A program made the translations under genes and the position numbers. A DNA stretch of 64,000 bases from Eledone cirrhosa (Eukaryota), in the NCBI GenBank assembly GCA_964016885.1, contig OZ024745.1:8680001-8744000 (forward strand), in the 5' to 3' direction. Below the pieces are notes generated by a model. That model was not told where the DNA came from and made no database searches. It worked only from the letters and a program-made list of their open reading frames with translations. Positions 14,051-28,183 of this stretch are shown here, piece by piece (position 1 is the stretch's first letter; each line of letters starts with the position of its first letter).

Positions 14051-16589
14051 GATATTAAATAAATGGAAACTATATTTATACAACCATATTTATTCTATTA
14101 TATATATTTCAAGGGTACCAAAAATGTTGGTACGCTATCAGATAAAATACAAAATGTTTTATAAATATTTGACATATCCAAGTATAATATACCTTAACGG
14201 TTCAAGTTATCCCTGGAAAGTGAAGGGAAGAGAGAAGAACAGTCAGATATTTAAATTATTAATATGATTATGCAAATGATGTTTTTATTAAAGGGCTGAA
14301 AAAACGTTATTTTAGACGCTATGGAAAATTTAAATAATTATGATAAGGAAGGAAGAGAAAGAGAAAGGAATAACGTTATATCGTTTATATCGTGATGATA
14401 TGCTACTCTTAATTGAAAACCATAGTAATTGTGAAATTAATAGGAAAAGAAAATCCATAATACAAACAATTCTTCAATAATTGTAACCTTAAGTTAGAAA
14501 TAGAGAATAACTATAAAATCGTTAACTTTTTAGACGTAACATTAAACCTTATCACAGGGCTCTACTATCCATTCCATAAAATTAATGAGAATCTAAATTA
14601 CGTAAGTTTTAACTCTAATCATCCTAGATCTATTAAGAACACTATTGTCAATAGCGTCCAGCAACGAATTTCACGCATCTCTGCTAATAAAAATATTTTT
14701 GAGGATAAGGCTGAATATTATAATGAAACTTTAAATAGAGCAGGCTATACGAATAAAATTAAATACATTGACAACAATAATAAGACAAATAACCCTACCA
14801 TTAATTATAATAAGAATAAACAATTTAACTTAAAACAAACAAAAGAAATAGAACTAGAAATATTATTTGGTACTCACCCCCCATTCTCATTAAGCGTTAA
14901 AACACCTTTAGCAAAGTTATTCTTTAAAGCACTAGACAAATGTTTTCCTAGAACCCACAGATACCACTCAATCTTTAACAGACATACTATAAAACTATCC
15001 TACTCTACTACTATGAACATAGCACAAAATATAAATAGAATTAATAATAGAAACTTAAATTTAAACCCTAACCAAAATAACCATAATAACCATAATAACA
15101 ATAATACTATTTCTAACAATATCTAACCTAATAGTACCGTTCCGAGCAACAACAACTCCGTAAAATATAACTGTAGAATCAAATCAAACTGCCCTTTACA
15201 AAATAAGTATTTATAAATGCACAGTTAAAACTAGTGATAATATATTCAACTATGTCGGTGCCACTTCTACAGAATTTAAACTTCGCTGGAATAACCACAA
15301 TCACTCTTTTAGAAGATCTGACAAAAAATCTTCTACTACCCTCTCACATCTTATATGGAACTTAAAAAGCAAGAATATAGACTATACATATATACTATAT
15401 ATTCTTACAGAAACACGGCCTTATCAAGATTCTGTAAATTATGTATTGAAGACATTTTTTATATAATTAATTGTAAAAACTCTATTAATCTCAAGACAGA
15501 AATATTTAGTTCTTGCAGACATCGCCAAAATTCTACATTCAGAACTATATGTAACTTAGAATATACTTATAATATTCCTATTAATCTCCAAAATGATCCT
15601 ATCTGCTCTAACATTTTATATTTTTAATATATTTTTAATACTTTTAATATATTAATATCTCTAAATCATGATATCTTTAAAATTTCTTATAATATATATG
15701 TACGTGTGTATGTGTATAGATATTTATATATATTTATGTACTTCTATATAATTCTAATTTTAATTTTAATTTTAATTTTTTTAAATTCTTTAATTCTTTT
15801 TTCTTAATTCTTTATTTTTCTAATGACACCCTCTAAAGCTAATTTTTAAACGTAGATTAATAACCATTAACTGTTTTTAGTAAAATGTATCCTATTCAAG
15901 ATGATGTTTAAATATTCATATTTCTTTAGACTTAATAATTAATCCCACACTAACGATTAATAATTTTAAAAAATCGGAGTTATCTTTCCTTAACTCCGTT
16001 AATTTAATTTAAACCTTATCAATTGTAACTACTTATTTATTTACATAAAATCAACATCCCTAGTAACTTATATTAGGAACAACCACCTATTTATTTATTT
16101 ATTTATAAATCAACATCCCTCGTAACTCATATTATAAACAAACTATCCTTTTAATAAAAAAAATACATATGCTATTATTAAAATATATATAGATATTTAT
16201 ATATTATTATAATAAGATAAATAATTCGCCATATAAATATAGACAAATGTCTAATTTATTTCCCCTAAATTAATGTTTAAGTGGTCTTCCTTTTCCTTCT
16301 TCTTATCTTCCTTCTTCTTTAACAATTTTTGTTTGATAATTTATATAGCTTCGTTAAATTAACAATATTCTGAAAACATTCTCAATGTTGAAAAATATTT
16401 GAATCCACAAATTATTCCAAACTCACAATTTGAAAATAAAATTTCAACATCCTTCGTAACTCATATTTGTTTATATAAACAATCAATACATACGCAACTT
16501 ATTAATATATATATATAGAGATTTATATACATATAACCTATCCTAATGTAATAAGATAAAAATACTTACAACCATAATTCTTCATATTC

Positions 16590-16735
16590 CCAGCATAGTT
16601 ACGTCCCTTTGCGGTCTGAGTTCAAATCCCGCCGAGGTTAACTTTGCCTTTCATCCTTACGGGGTCGATAAAATAAAGTACCAGTAATGAACTGGGTAAT
16701 TGATGGCCTTGTGCCAAAAGTAGAAACAATTATAA
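16590..16735 (+). mobile_element. tRNA-SINE (Meta-like core), 5'-truncated, inside the PLE 3' region
   Basis: B box GAGTTCAAATCC, core and tail as at 3350. Confidence 0.8.
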
Positions 16736-17021
16736 CTCATAATATAGGTAACAAAACTTTTTCCCAAAAATTAACGTTATTCCTTTCTCTTTCTCTTCCT
16801 TCCTTATCATAATTATTTAAATTTTCCATAGCGTCTAAAATAACGTTTTTTCAGCCCTTTAATATAAACATCATTTGCGTACTCATATTAATAATTTAAA
16901 TATCTGACTTTTCTTCTCTCTTCCCTTCACTTTCCAGGGATAACTTGAACCCTTAAGGTATATTATCCTTGGTCATGTCAAATATTTATAAAACATTTTG
17001 TATCTGATGATTTTATCAGAC

Positions 17022-17081
17022 ATTTTATCTGATGATAGCGTACCAAAATTATTGGTACCCTTGAAATATATATAATAGAAT
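17022..17081 (+). ncRNA. Minimal type-I hammerhead ribozyme in the family-A' pLTR
   Basis: attttat-CTGATGA-stem II (gtaccaa/ttggtac)-GAAA-TATATA-TA-atagaat. Confidence 0.75.
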
Positions 17082-17212
17082 AAATATTGTGTTATAAATA
17101 TAGTTTCCATTTATTTAATATCATTGAATACTTACTCCAGAAATCTGTCGAGTGCTCTGAATCAGTTATAAACATCTATATTTGTTGGATTTCCAACAAA
17201 TTAAATATCTCT

Positions 17213-17315
<103 letters not shown>

Positions 17316-17344
17316 GAAGTTTACATACACATAAACTAGACAGA

Positions 17345-17381
<37 letters not shown>

Positions 17382-17477
17382 TTTTGGCAACCATTCACGG
17401 TGTGGTTCAATGACGAATTAATTAATTAAATAATCAGATTCTATGAACTTACTTTTTATATATATATATATATATAT

Positions 17478-18085
17478 ATGGTGGTGGACAGCTTTGTGTA
17501 TCGTGGAAGCACGTTTAGTAGAGATGGTACCCTCGATGATGAAACAGATCACAGGATTGCGAAAGCAATTCTTGTCTACGGGAAGCTTGAGAAATGTGTC
17601 TGGTCAGATGGGGGTAAATCGAGAAAAAGCAAGCTCTCTGTGTGTGAGGCTTGTATTCTTACAGCCTTGCTAGTTGGATACCAAACGTGGAACATTTATA
17701 GGTATCGCATTAGGCAGCTGGAAAGGTTTCATCAGTACCCGACACATCCTGAACATCAAGTGGTCCTCTTACACACCTGATGCTGCGGGAATTGAGAAAT
17801 CGGGTAGAACCAGTATTGAGAAGAGGATTATTATGAACCCGATACGTTGGGCTGGTCATGTGGTCAGGATGGAAGGTGGAAGGCTGCCTAAACAGCTGTT
17901 TTATGGGGAGTTGACCAGAGGAAAAAGGCCACAGCATAAACCATAGAAGCGGTTTAAGGATGTCATAAAAGACAATCTTAAAGATGTAGAGATTGATAAT
18001 GAGAACTGGGAGGGCTGAAGGCCGTGCATCATGGAGAATGATCAAAGGTGGATGTAATGTCTTTGAGAAAAAGCTAGTGGAGCTC
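17478..18085 (+). mobile_element. RTE (BovB-like) LINE 3' fragment, pseudogenised
   Basis: VVDSFVYRGSTFSRDGTLDDETDHRIAKA; RWAGHVVRMEGGRLPKQLFYGELTRGKR. Confidence 0.85.
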
Positions 18086-18174
18086 TTTTGAAGGGTTCAC
18101 TCTGTAAGTGGGACCCAAGTGCAGTGGCTGCAAAAATTGTAATTACAAAATAAATAAAACAAAGCACAAAATAA

Positions 18175-18390
18175 TAATGGTTTCTGATTTAGGCACAAGG
18201 CCAACAATTTTGGAGGGAGGGGAAAGTCGATTAAATTTACCCCAGTGCATTACTGGTACTTTATTTTATCGACTCGTAACAATGAATGGCAAAGCTAACC
18301 TCGGTGGGATTTGAACTCAGAACGTAACTATATGTCGCTACGCATGTTGTTCGACGCTCTACCAACACAACTGCCAATCCACCACGCTAA
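18175..18390 (-). mobile_element. tRNA-SINE (Meta-like core)
   Basis: Same family as 3350. Confidence 0.75.
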
Positions 18391-18989
18391 TGTCAATCGT
18401 AATAACAAAAGAAATAAAACAAAGCAAATAATAATAAAGTAAAAACAAAAAACAAAGGAAAAAGGATGTGTCAATGTATGGTGAAAGAATATCGTTGAAT
18501 TCTATAAATCTAATCTAATATATAGAGATTAGTTGTAGCTACTATCATTAGTATTTATATGTGTATTGGACGGAAATGAAGTCTCCCAAGAGATCAACTG
18601 CATTATTCAATACCGGAAGAAGCCTGCGGTGAATGGGATGGAAGGGAAGTTTATCATAAAATTACAGAATATAACTTCTCGTGTTTCTCTACGATATTTA
18701 CTCGGAACTCTACTCGGTTATAAATTTAACCACATGACTGATTGTCTCTTTGTATTTAACTTCCGGTGGCTATTTTTCCTGTGGTTCACCATGCTCTCAA
18801 TTTACGCCATTTTCCTTTGGTGGAGAGCAAAAGCAGTTTTTTCTTTTCTCTCCAACAATGATTGTGGCAAAAGAAGTCGACTGATTGACAGGACTGAGAA
18901 AAGAGGGCATTATTTCCTGTCAAACCCTCAACTTTTTCATTGACAATAAAAGATATCATTATTATTAATAATAATATTAAGACTGGCTG

Positions 18990-19196
18990 GGCGGTGGGTT
19001 AGGAGTTGGATCGGTAGAGCGACCGACAACATGCTTTTCAGCATTAAGTTATGGCCCTTTACGTTCTCAGTTAAAATTTCTCCAGGTTAGCTTTGCCTTT
19101 CGTCTTTACGGAGTCGATGGAATAAAGTACCAGTAACGTACTGGGGTCGATTTAAAGTTGCTGGCCTTGTGCCTAAATCAGAAACTATTATTATTA
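18990..19196 (+). mobile_element. tRNA-SINE (Meta-like core)
   Basis: Same family as 3350, diverged head. Confidence 0.7.
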
Positions 19197-19424
19197 AGAC
19201 AGGAAGGACGGTGGACTGGCAGAATTGGTAGAGTATCGGACACAATTCCATGCAGTATATGATATGGTTTTCTATCGTTTGTTGTGCCTCTAGCTGTGAG
19301 GTTGATGAGGAACAGAGAAATGGGGGGGGTCACTAAACATCCGGATTATATCACCTGAGTTCACTGTTTCAAGGTAGCTTTACTAATCTACATAAGATCG
19401 TGAGTGTTCACACACACACACATA

Positions 19425-19682
19425 GCATGTGTCTGTGTATGTGTACGTCTGTCTGTGTGTGTGTGTGTGTGTCTGTGTGTGTGTGTCTCTCTGTGTGTGT
19501 GTGTGTGTGTGTCTGAGTGTGTGTCTGTGTGTGTGTGTGCATGTCTGTGTGTGTGTGTTTGTGTGTGTGTCTGTGTGTGTGTCTGTGTGTGTCTCTGTGT
19601 GTGTGTCTGTGTGTCTCTGTGTGTGTTTGTGTGTGTGTCTGTGTGTGTCTCTGTGTGTGTCTCTGTGTGTGTGTGTCTGTGT

Positions 19683-19716
<34 letters not shown>
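19425..19716. repeat. Imperfect (TG)n microsatellite
   Basis: Seen directly. Confidence 0.95.
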
Positions 19717-19810
19717 CTATTCTTAATACATTTCTTCTTTACACCTGCAAAAGATAAAAACAAAACAAATTAAATATAAATTGATTAATGAAATAAACAC
19801 CAAGAAACGT

Positions 19811-21460
19811 CACCATCACCATCACCATAATCATCACCATCACCATCACCATCACCATCACCATCACCATCACCAACACCATCATCACCATCACCATCAT
19901 CATCACCATCACCATCACCATCACCATCACCATCACCATAATCATCACCATAACCATCACCACTACCATCACCATCACCACCACCACCATCACCATCACC
20001 ATCACCATAACCATCACCATCACCATAATCATCACCATAACCATCACCATCACCATCACCATCACCAACACCATCATCACCATCACCATCATCATTACCA
20101 TCACCATCACCATCACCATCACCATAATCATCACCATCACCATCACCATCACCATCACCATCACCATAACCATTACCATCACCACCACCATCACCATCAC
20201 CATCACCATAACCATCACCATCACCATCACCACCACCACCACCACCATCACCATCACCATCACCATAACCATCACCATCACCATCACCACCACCACCATC
20301 ACCATCACCATCACCATCATCACCATCACCATCACCATCACCAACACCATCACCACCATCACCACCACCACCATCACCATCACCACCACCATCACCATCA
20401 CCATCACCACCACCATCATCACCATCACCACCACCATCACCATCACCATCACCACCACCATCACCACCACCATCACCATAACCATCACCATCACCATCAT
20501 CATCACCACCACCATAACCAACACCATCACCATCACCATCATCACCATCACCATCACCAACACCATCACCACCATCACCACCATCATCATCACCATCACC
20601 AACACCATCATCACCATCACCATCACCATCACCATCATCACTATCACTATCACCATCACCATCACCATCACCATCATCACCATCACCATCAACATCACCA
20701 TCACCATCACCATCATCACCATCACCATCAACATCACCATCACCAACACGATCATCATCATCCCCATCACCATCACCATAACCAACACCATCACCATCAT
20801 CACCATCACCAACACGATCATCATCATCACCATCACTATCACCATCACCATCACCAACACGATCATCATCAACACCATCACCATCACCATAACCACCACC
20901 ATCACCATCACCAATACCATCACCATCACCATCATCATCACCATCACCATCATCACCATCACTATCACCATCACCATCACCATCACCATCACCATCACCA
21001 TCATCACCATCACCATCACCATCACCATCATCACCATCACCATCACCAACACCATCACCACCATCACCATCACCACAACCACCACCATCACCATCACCAA
21101 TACCATCACCATCACCATCACCATCACCACCATCACCATCACCATCACCAACACCAACACCACCATCACCATCACCAACACCATCACCACCATCATCATC
21201 ACCACCACCATAAGCACCACCATCACCATCACTACCACCATCACTATCACCATCACCATCACCATCACCATAACCAACACCAGCATCATCATCACCATCA
21301 CCAACACTATCATCACCAACATCCTCACCATCACATCATCATCATCATCACCATCATCATCATCACCAACACCATCACCATCTATCACCACCATCACCAT
21401 CACCATCACCATCATCATCACCATCATCATCATCATCACCAACACCATCACCATCAACAT
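19811..21460. repeat. About 1.65-kb imperfect (CACCAT)n / (CAY)n microsatellite
   Basis: Seen directly; gives spurious poly-His and poly-MV ORFs. Confidence 0.97.
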
Positions 21461-21514
21461 CTTTACTGTATTTGTGGGATAGGGTACCTTACTGTATTTG
21501 TTTCGACTCTCTTC

Positions 21515-21605
21515 TCCCTGAGTTCAAATCCCGCCGAGGTCAACTTTACCTTTCACCCTTTCAAGGTCGATAAAAAAAGTACCAGTCATGTACTGAGGTG
21601 GATTC
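21515..21605 (+). mobile_element. tRNA-SINE fragment (Meta-like core)
   Basis: GAGTTCAAATCCCGCCGAGG plus core. Confidence 0.7.
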
Positions 21606-21940
21606 TTCCTCTCTATATATTTCCCACTTCCTCTCTCTCACTTTCTCTGGTAGAAATCTGCTGTACTCAGACCCGGAAATGTCCCTAGAAAGGCCATATG
21701 TCAATACGGTGTTCCTACGACCTCCCTCCATCCACCGACGGAGACCCTCCACTCACCGACCGTCACAGAGTATGTGATAATTACTCCCACTCTTTCAAAT
21801 TCCCCTTTGCATGGGACGGCATATGTTTCAAACAACGTTCACTTATCTACCTATTATATAAACGTTTGAATTTGTAAAGCCAAAACAATGCAGAATAAAT
21901 TCAAACGTTTATACCTCATTACACAATGCTATAACTTCCT

Positions 21941-21977
<37 letters not shown>

Positions 21978-21981
<4 letters not shown>

Positions 21982-22392
21982 GTTAAACAAGGTTCAATGA
22001 ATAAATCAAAGAATGAGTTTTACAATAGATTGGAAGCACTCAACAGTTTGGTTTTCCGGAGTTATTAATATTAATTCAAAATATTAACAAAAATAGATAT
22101 TCTTGTGATCAAGTATATTTTATTATACCTATTTTAGAGGTACTGAGCTAACTTCAACAGTACGTTCTCATCAGATAAAATAAGATGATGCATGACATAC
22201 CCTGACATGGTAGATGGTTAAGATTACTACCATGACTGAATCTTAACCATCTACTATGTCAGGGTATGTCATGCATCATCTTATTTTATCTGATGAGGTC
22301 GTACTGTTGAAGTTAGCTCAGTACCTCTGAAATATGTATAATAAAATATACTTGATCACATGAATGTCTATTTTTGTTAATATTTTGAATTA

Positions 22393-22393
<1 letters not shown>
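21978..22393. mobile_element. Fold-back PLE pLTR remnant (family D), ~155-bp inverted arms, in (TA)n
   Basis: 22070-22225 is the reverse complement of 22239-22393; contains a hammerhead. Confidence 0.85.
22282..22348 (+). ncRNA. Minimal type-I hammerhead ribozyme
   Basis: tattttat-CTGATGA-stem II (gtactg/cagtac)-GAAA-TATGTA-TA-ataaaata; perfect 8-bp stem I. Confidence 0.8.
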
Positions 22394-22434
<41 letters not shown>

Positions 22435-22462
22435 TGCGTACATATATTTGTTTATATATATA

Positions 22463-22626
22463 TATAACGAAGGAGGTGTGATAAGGAACCAGATGGACCA
22501 TAACGCACCAGAGTACTCAATACTTAGAGTAGTAGAGTGGGTAATAGGAGAAAGTATGACCCCGACGGCAGAGCTCAAGCCATTTCGACGGCTATTTCTG
22601 GACGGTCCAGAAATAGCCGTCGAAAC

Positions 22627-22629
<3 letters not shown>
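22463..22629 (-). mobile_element. Solo family-B pLTR end with terminal hairpin, in (TA)n
   Basis: Similar to 36615-36755; hairpin at 22579-22629. Confidence 0.85.
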
Positions 22630-22674
<45 letters not shown>

Positions 22675-22680
<6 letters not shown>

Positions 22681-23496
22681 TGTGGTTGTCTGTCTGTCTA
22701 TCGATTTTTGGCACACATCTCCTCTTAGAATCTCTCACGGAATTGCACCGAAATTGCTATACTTGTACATTGAGCCCTAGCGGAGACATCGGAAAAAAAA
22801 AATTTCAAATTGACCCACCCTATGTGACGAAATCGAATATAATGTATCGATTTTTGAGCGTAAGTTATCAGTTATTTCCCTTTGTTCTGTTTACATTGAG
22901 CGCCTTACGTAAAAAATTACGCTGGCTTTCGTCGAGCCAGCAAAATATTGACCTGCAAAATTCATCAGTTCGAACACTAAGCTTCCGTTTTGCTTCATTT
23001 CCATTTAAAAGCATTTTAAAACAATATTTTTACTTGACAGACAGTCGTGCAGAGAGGTGATATACGCGTGCAGACAGACAGTCGTGCAGAGAGGTGATAT
23101 AGGCGTGCAGACAGACAGTCGTGCAGAGAGGTGATATAGGCGTGCAGACAGACAGTCGTGCAGAGAGGTGATATAGGCGTGCAGACAGACATAACTGATA
23201 ATTTGGTTACGCTAATGTTTTTCTCTGCGTTGCAGTGTTTACATTTTCGATCTTTGTTAATAAATAACCAGTGCAGTTTCTATCCCCAGCATCCTCTTTT
23301 GTTATAACATTCGGGTTATCGTTATGTTTTCTTAACTTCATAAGGCATATTGTTGGTTGAGGGAATATTAATCAAAAACACCACATGCAAGTCTGCACAG
23401 TAGACACTACAGTTTTTAAGCCAAGAAAGAAACTTAACATTGTAACTTTAACACAGCTACTGAGCGACCCCGAGCAACGCCGGGCTTTACTGGTAG
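22675..23496 (+). mobile_element. Non-autonomous Helitron/Helentron-like element with an internal 37-bp tandem repeat (x4, 23035-23190)
   Basis: 5' TATATAAAA...GTCTGTCTGTCT; 3' hairpin CCCGAGCAACGCCGGG followed by GTAG; same end type as 11559 and 63580. Confidence 0.6.
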
Positions 23497-23588
23497 TATA
23501 TATATATAACTACTTTTCCCATCTTGACGTTATAGTCGCATATATGTTATAGAATGCCGTTAGCTTCTTGCTAAAACAATCTCTATAC

Positions 23589-23670
<82 letters not shown>

Positions 23671-23707
23671 ATTAAATAAATGGAAACTATATTTATAAAA
23701 CCATATT

Positions 23708-23773
23708 TATTTCATTATATATATTTCAGGGATATCATATTAACAATATGCTATGCCTTCCCCAGACAAAATA
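23708..23773 (-). ncRNA. Family-A hammerhead with mutated core (CUGGGGA)
   Basis: Reverse complement of 27940-28005 with an A6-to-G change. Confidence 0.7.
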
Positions 23774-25119
23774 CAATATAAACAGTTTTATAGATAAATA
23801 GATTTGACATACCGTAACAACATCGACTTGTATTTGAAAAGTTGAATTGGCAGTGAAAAAATTGTACACAGAGAGAAAGAAAGAGAGAAAAAAGGAAAGA
23901 AAGACAGAGAACGAACAAAAAGAAGAAAAAAAAGAAGAAATGCATGGAACAAAATAGAGGGATGGAAAGATAGATAAAGAGAAGAACTTCATGTAAAGAA
24001 ACAGAGAGAGATATATATATATAGAGAGAGAGGAAATAGAGATAGATACATATATATAGAAAACTAGGTAGTGGGACGTCCGTTGAGTAAACGTATCAAT
24101 GATACATTTATTTATTTATTTATTTATTTATTTAGCTCTAGTATTAATGTAAGGGAGATATATGTGGTTAGGAAAGAAACCAGCTGTTATATATAGAGAA
24201 AAAATAAAAATAACCAGACATAGGCGAGGCATAAAAACCCTATGTTTTAATGTAGAGGTATTAGTATATATAAAAACCAGCCACTATATTGTAAATATCA
24301 GTATTCTTGAATGAGACATGTATCCATAATGTGTGAAAAGTAATGATCTTATGTTTAGTTTAAAAAAAAAAAAAAATTCATATGTTTGTGTGATAACTAC
24401 AAACATCTATGTGAATTTACATGATCAACTCTGCAAACCCTAAGTTCACGGAAAACATTCTCATTGTGCTATAAAAATTTAAGTATATCTATATGTGTAT
24501 ATATATACACACAAATATATATAGAGTCAATATTACTACTATTCCTGTCTTTACTCTACAAGATTATCTATCAAGCAGAAATAGAGAGCAGATTTCAATA
24601 TACTAATAAAAATATATATCAGAAACAAACCCCCCAAAAAATAACAATAATAATAATAATAAGTAATAATAAAATATTACGAAAGAATATTACATATTAA
24701 AAATATTACATATTAAAAATATTAAAAATAAAAATATTAGAAAATACTACAATAATAAAAATAAACCACAAAGATCAACCCTTCAAAATTAATTGACAAT
24801 ATATTGCCAAGTTCATTATAAGCATCAGAGTCGAAAAACAGATAAAGCTAAAAATTATTTATCAAATCGCATCTAGCAAAGATCATTTCAAAAAGTTTAG
24901 GATGCCCATTTGGTCTACATGTGTTCTTATATTTAATATAGAAGTTTATCTAGTGTAACGTTTATTCGAAATATTTGGAGCATCAACTTTTAGGGTAGCT
25001 TAATTTTTCATGAAGAATGTTTAAATAAAAATTAAAATAAAAAATAAAAAGAATAAAAAGAAGAAATCGAAAGATTTATCGGCTAGTTTCCCATATAATT
25101 ATAAATCAAACTAAATATA

Positions 25120-27065
25120 CTACATTTTAAATTTAAATTTATATTTAAACGTTGAGTTTAATCTATGTTTGCAGCAACTGAATAAATTTGTCCGTAGATT
25201 AAGGGAATTTTTAGATTTTAGTATAAAGAATATCTCCTCTGCGCAGAGGTCACATGTCTCAGAGGATGAATTAAAAGGAATCCCTCTTGAGACTATATTC
25301 CAAGCCGTCGAATATCTAACGTTATCTAGCTTAAGTTGCCAGAGTACGCCTGATAGTGCCGTTGAAGATTTTTTGCTTGGATCTGTGAAAGAATTCTTGT
25401 GGTTATTATAGCGAAGTTTAAATTCCGTCGATGTGGAACCGACGTAGTTAAAAGAATTAGAGTCAGTTTTAACATTACAATTGTATACTATATTTTTAAC
25501 TAAGCAGTTGTTATTTAACGGACATTTAGATCTATCTCTACAGTTACATTTGTTAACTTGTATATTATTTATGCTATTATCACTAGGTTTTAAGTTCCTA
25601 TTATTTATTCTATTAATATTTTGTGCTAAATTTTTGGTGGATGAGTAGGTTAATTTTATAGTATGTCTATTGAAAATTGAGTGATACCTATGTGTTCTAG
25701 GGAAGCGATTATCAAGAGCTTTAAAAAATAGTTTAGCGATGTGGGTTTTAATGTTTAGTGAGAAAGGGGGGCAAACCAAATTATGTTCCTAGTTCTATTT
25801 CTTTTTTGGCCTTTGGAATTATTGTAATGCTTTCTATTATAGTTGTTAAGGTTGTTGCCGTAATTAAAATAGTTGTTATTTTGTTTAGTTTGTCTATCAT
25901 TATCTATGTACATAATCTTATCAGCATATCCTGCTCTAGCTAATGCTTCATTGTAGTATTGGGCTTTTTCGTCGAAAATCTTTCTATTCGACGAGATCCT
26001 AGAGATACGTTTTTGAACAGAGTTTACTATAGTGTTTTTGACAGATCTGGGGTGGTTAGAGTTAAAGTTGACATAGTTTAAGTTTTCATTCAACTTGTGA
26101 AAAGGATAGTGAAGACATGTGTTGAGATTTAATGTTATATCTAGGAAATTGACTATTCTATGGTTGTTCTCAATTTCTATTTTAAGATTAAAGTAATTAA
26201 AAAATTGTGTAATTTGTTTACATTTTCTATTTAGTTCAGAGTTATTATTATCAATAAGTAAAAGCATGTCCTCTCTATATAAACCTCCGGTAGTACCAGG
26301 TATTTTCCTATGTAGCGAATTGATTAAAAATAAGCCCACAAGGTCAGTTACCTGAGCTGAGTCGGATGATCCCATAGTAATGTCAAAATTGCTATCTCTA
26401 TCTGCTCTGGTCCATAGTTGGTCATTAAATTCTATCAAAGTTTTCCTAGCCGATAATATAATATGCATTTCATTGCTAGTTAGGTCAGTATGTTTGAATG
26501 CGTAATTTACTGCCTTATTTAGTAGATTAGGGGTAATAGAAGAATAATAGTTAGCAATATCAAGTTGAATAAACTTATTATTATTGTTATATTTAATTTG
26601 CTTAAACCACTCAACAACCTCTCCAGTTCCCTTCCACAAGCTCAGGTTAGATAAACAATCCAAGTTCTTAATTTGCTGTATCACCCTGTCAAGAATGTTT
26701 TTGCTTAATTTGCCCAGGTCCGATTTTGATGGTGCGATCAATCTAACTGGCAAGTCATTTTCAAAATTCCTCTTGTGATCTTTCATATTGATCTTCGGTT
26801 TCCTGGGCACGAAAGGTTGTGTTCTGTTCTCAATTTCCAACTCGTGCATTATACAAGATGCTTCGACATTCATTTTCTCAAGCTCGGCCTTATCTGCTAC
26901 CTTGTACTTTTTCCTCAGTTCCTTCAGTATGAGGCCATTATACATGTCTTTCTGCACTCCATAGAGGTTGTTGGTCTTGTCAGATTTCACCAAGATCTTC
27001 TCAGTTTTCTCTAAGCTCTCAATATTATCCTTAATGCGTTTCAGATATTCCTGGCCTTTGAAGTT
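25120..27065 (-). pseudogene. 5'-truncated PLE RT + GIY-YIG (inverted arm)
   Basis: Protein identical to the 28451-30396 copy, with the same frameshift and the same YRED. Confidence 0.92.
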
Positions 27066-27939
27066 ATTATTGTTATTTTTTTTGGTTTGTTTCTGATATA
27101 TGTTTTTATTAGTATATTGAAATCTGCTCTCTATTTCTGCTTGATAGATAATCTTGTAGAGTAAAGACAGGAATAGTAGTAATATTGACTCTATATATAC
27201 TTGTGTGTATATATATACACATATATATATACTTAAATTTTTATAGCACAATGAGAATGTTTTCCGTGAACTTAGGGTTTGCAGAGTTGATCATGTAAAT
27301 TCACATAGATGTTTGTAGTTATCACACAAACATATGAATTTTTTTTTTTTTTAAAACTAAACATAAGATCATTACTTTTCACACATTATGGATACATGTC
27401 TCATTCAAGAATACTGATATTTACAATATAGTGGCTGGTTTTTATACATACTAATACCTCTACATTAAAACATAGGGTTTTTATGCCTCGCCTATGTCTG
27501 GTTATTTTTAATTTTTCTCTCTATATAACAGCTGGTTTCTTTCCTAACCACATATATCTCCCTTACATTAATACTAGAGCTAAATAAATAAATAAATAAA
27601 TAAATGTATCATTGATACGTTTACTCAACGGACGTCCCACTACCTAGTTTTCTATATATATATATCTATCTCTATTTCCTCTCTCTCTCTCTATATATAT
27701 ATATCTCTCTGTTTCTTTACATGAAGTTCTTCTCTTTATCTATCTTTCCATCCCTCTATTTTGTTCCATGTATTTCTTCTTTTTTTTCTTCTTTTTCTTC
27801 GTTCTCTGTCTTTCTTTCGTTTTTTCTCTCTTTCTTTCTCTTTGTGTACAATTTTTTCACTGCCAATTCAACTTTTCAAATGCAAGTCGATGTTTTTACG
27901 GTATGTCAAATCTATTTATCTATAAAACTGTTTATATTG

Positions 27940-28005
27940 TATTTTGTCTGAGGAAGGCATAGCATATTGTTAATATGATATCCCTGAAATATATATAATG
28001 AAATA
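27940..28005 (+). ncRNA. Minimal type-I hammerhead ribozyme in the 5' pLTR of family A
   Basis: tattttgt-CTGAGGA-14-bp stem II (2 mismatches)-GAAA-palindromic ATATATAT; predicted cut after 27997; atgaaata closes stem I. Confidence 0.85.
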
Positions 28006-28183
28006 AATATGGTTTTATAAATATAGTTTCCATTTATTTAATATTGTAAATATACTCCAAATACTTGTCGAGTGCTTTTATATCAGTTATAAATATTTAC
28101 TAGTTGTAACCCAACAATTTAAATATAACTTTCCATGTACCTTGCTCCGATACTGTTGAGCGCTTTATATTATAACTGGAAAA

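Noticed and set aside
19781-21688. 635-aa poly-His ORF and antisense poly-Met/Val ORF
   Set aside because: Translation of a (CACCAT)n microsatellite that lacks stops; no domain or gene context
25755-27251. 498-aa ORF with a novel N-terminus fused to PLE RT
   Set aside because: Chance in-frame join of antisense pLTR to the truncated inverted arm at 27065; non-ATG start
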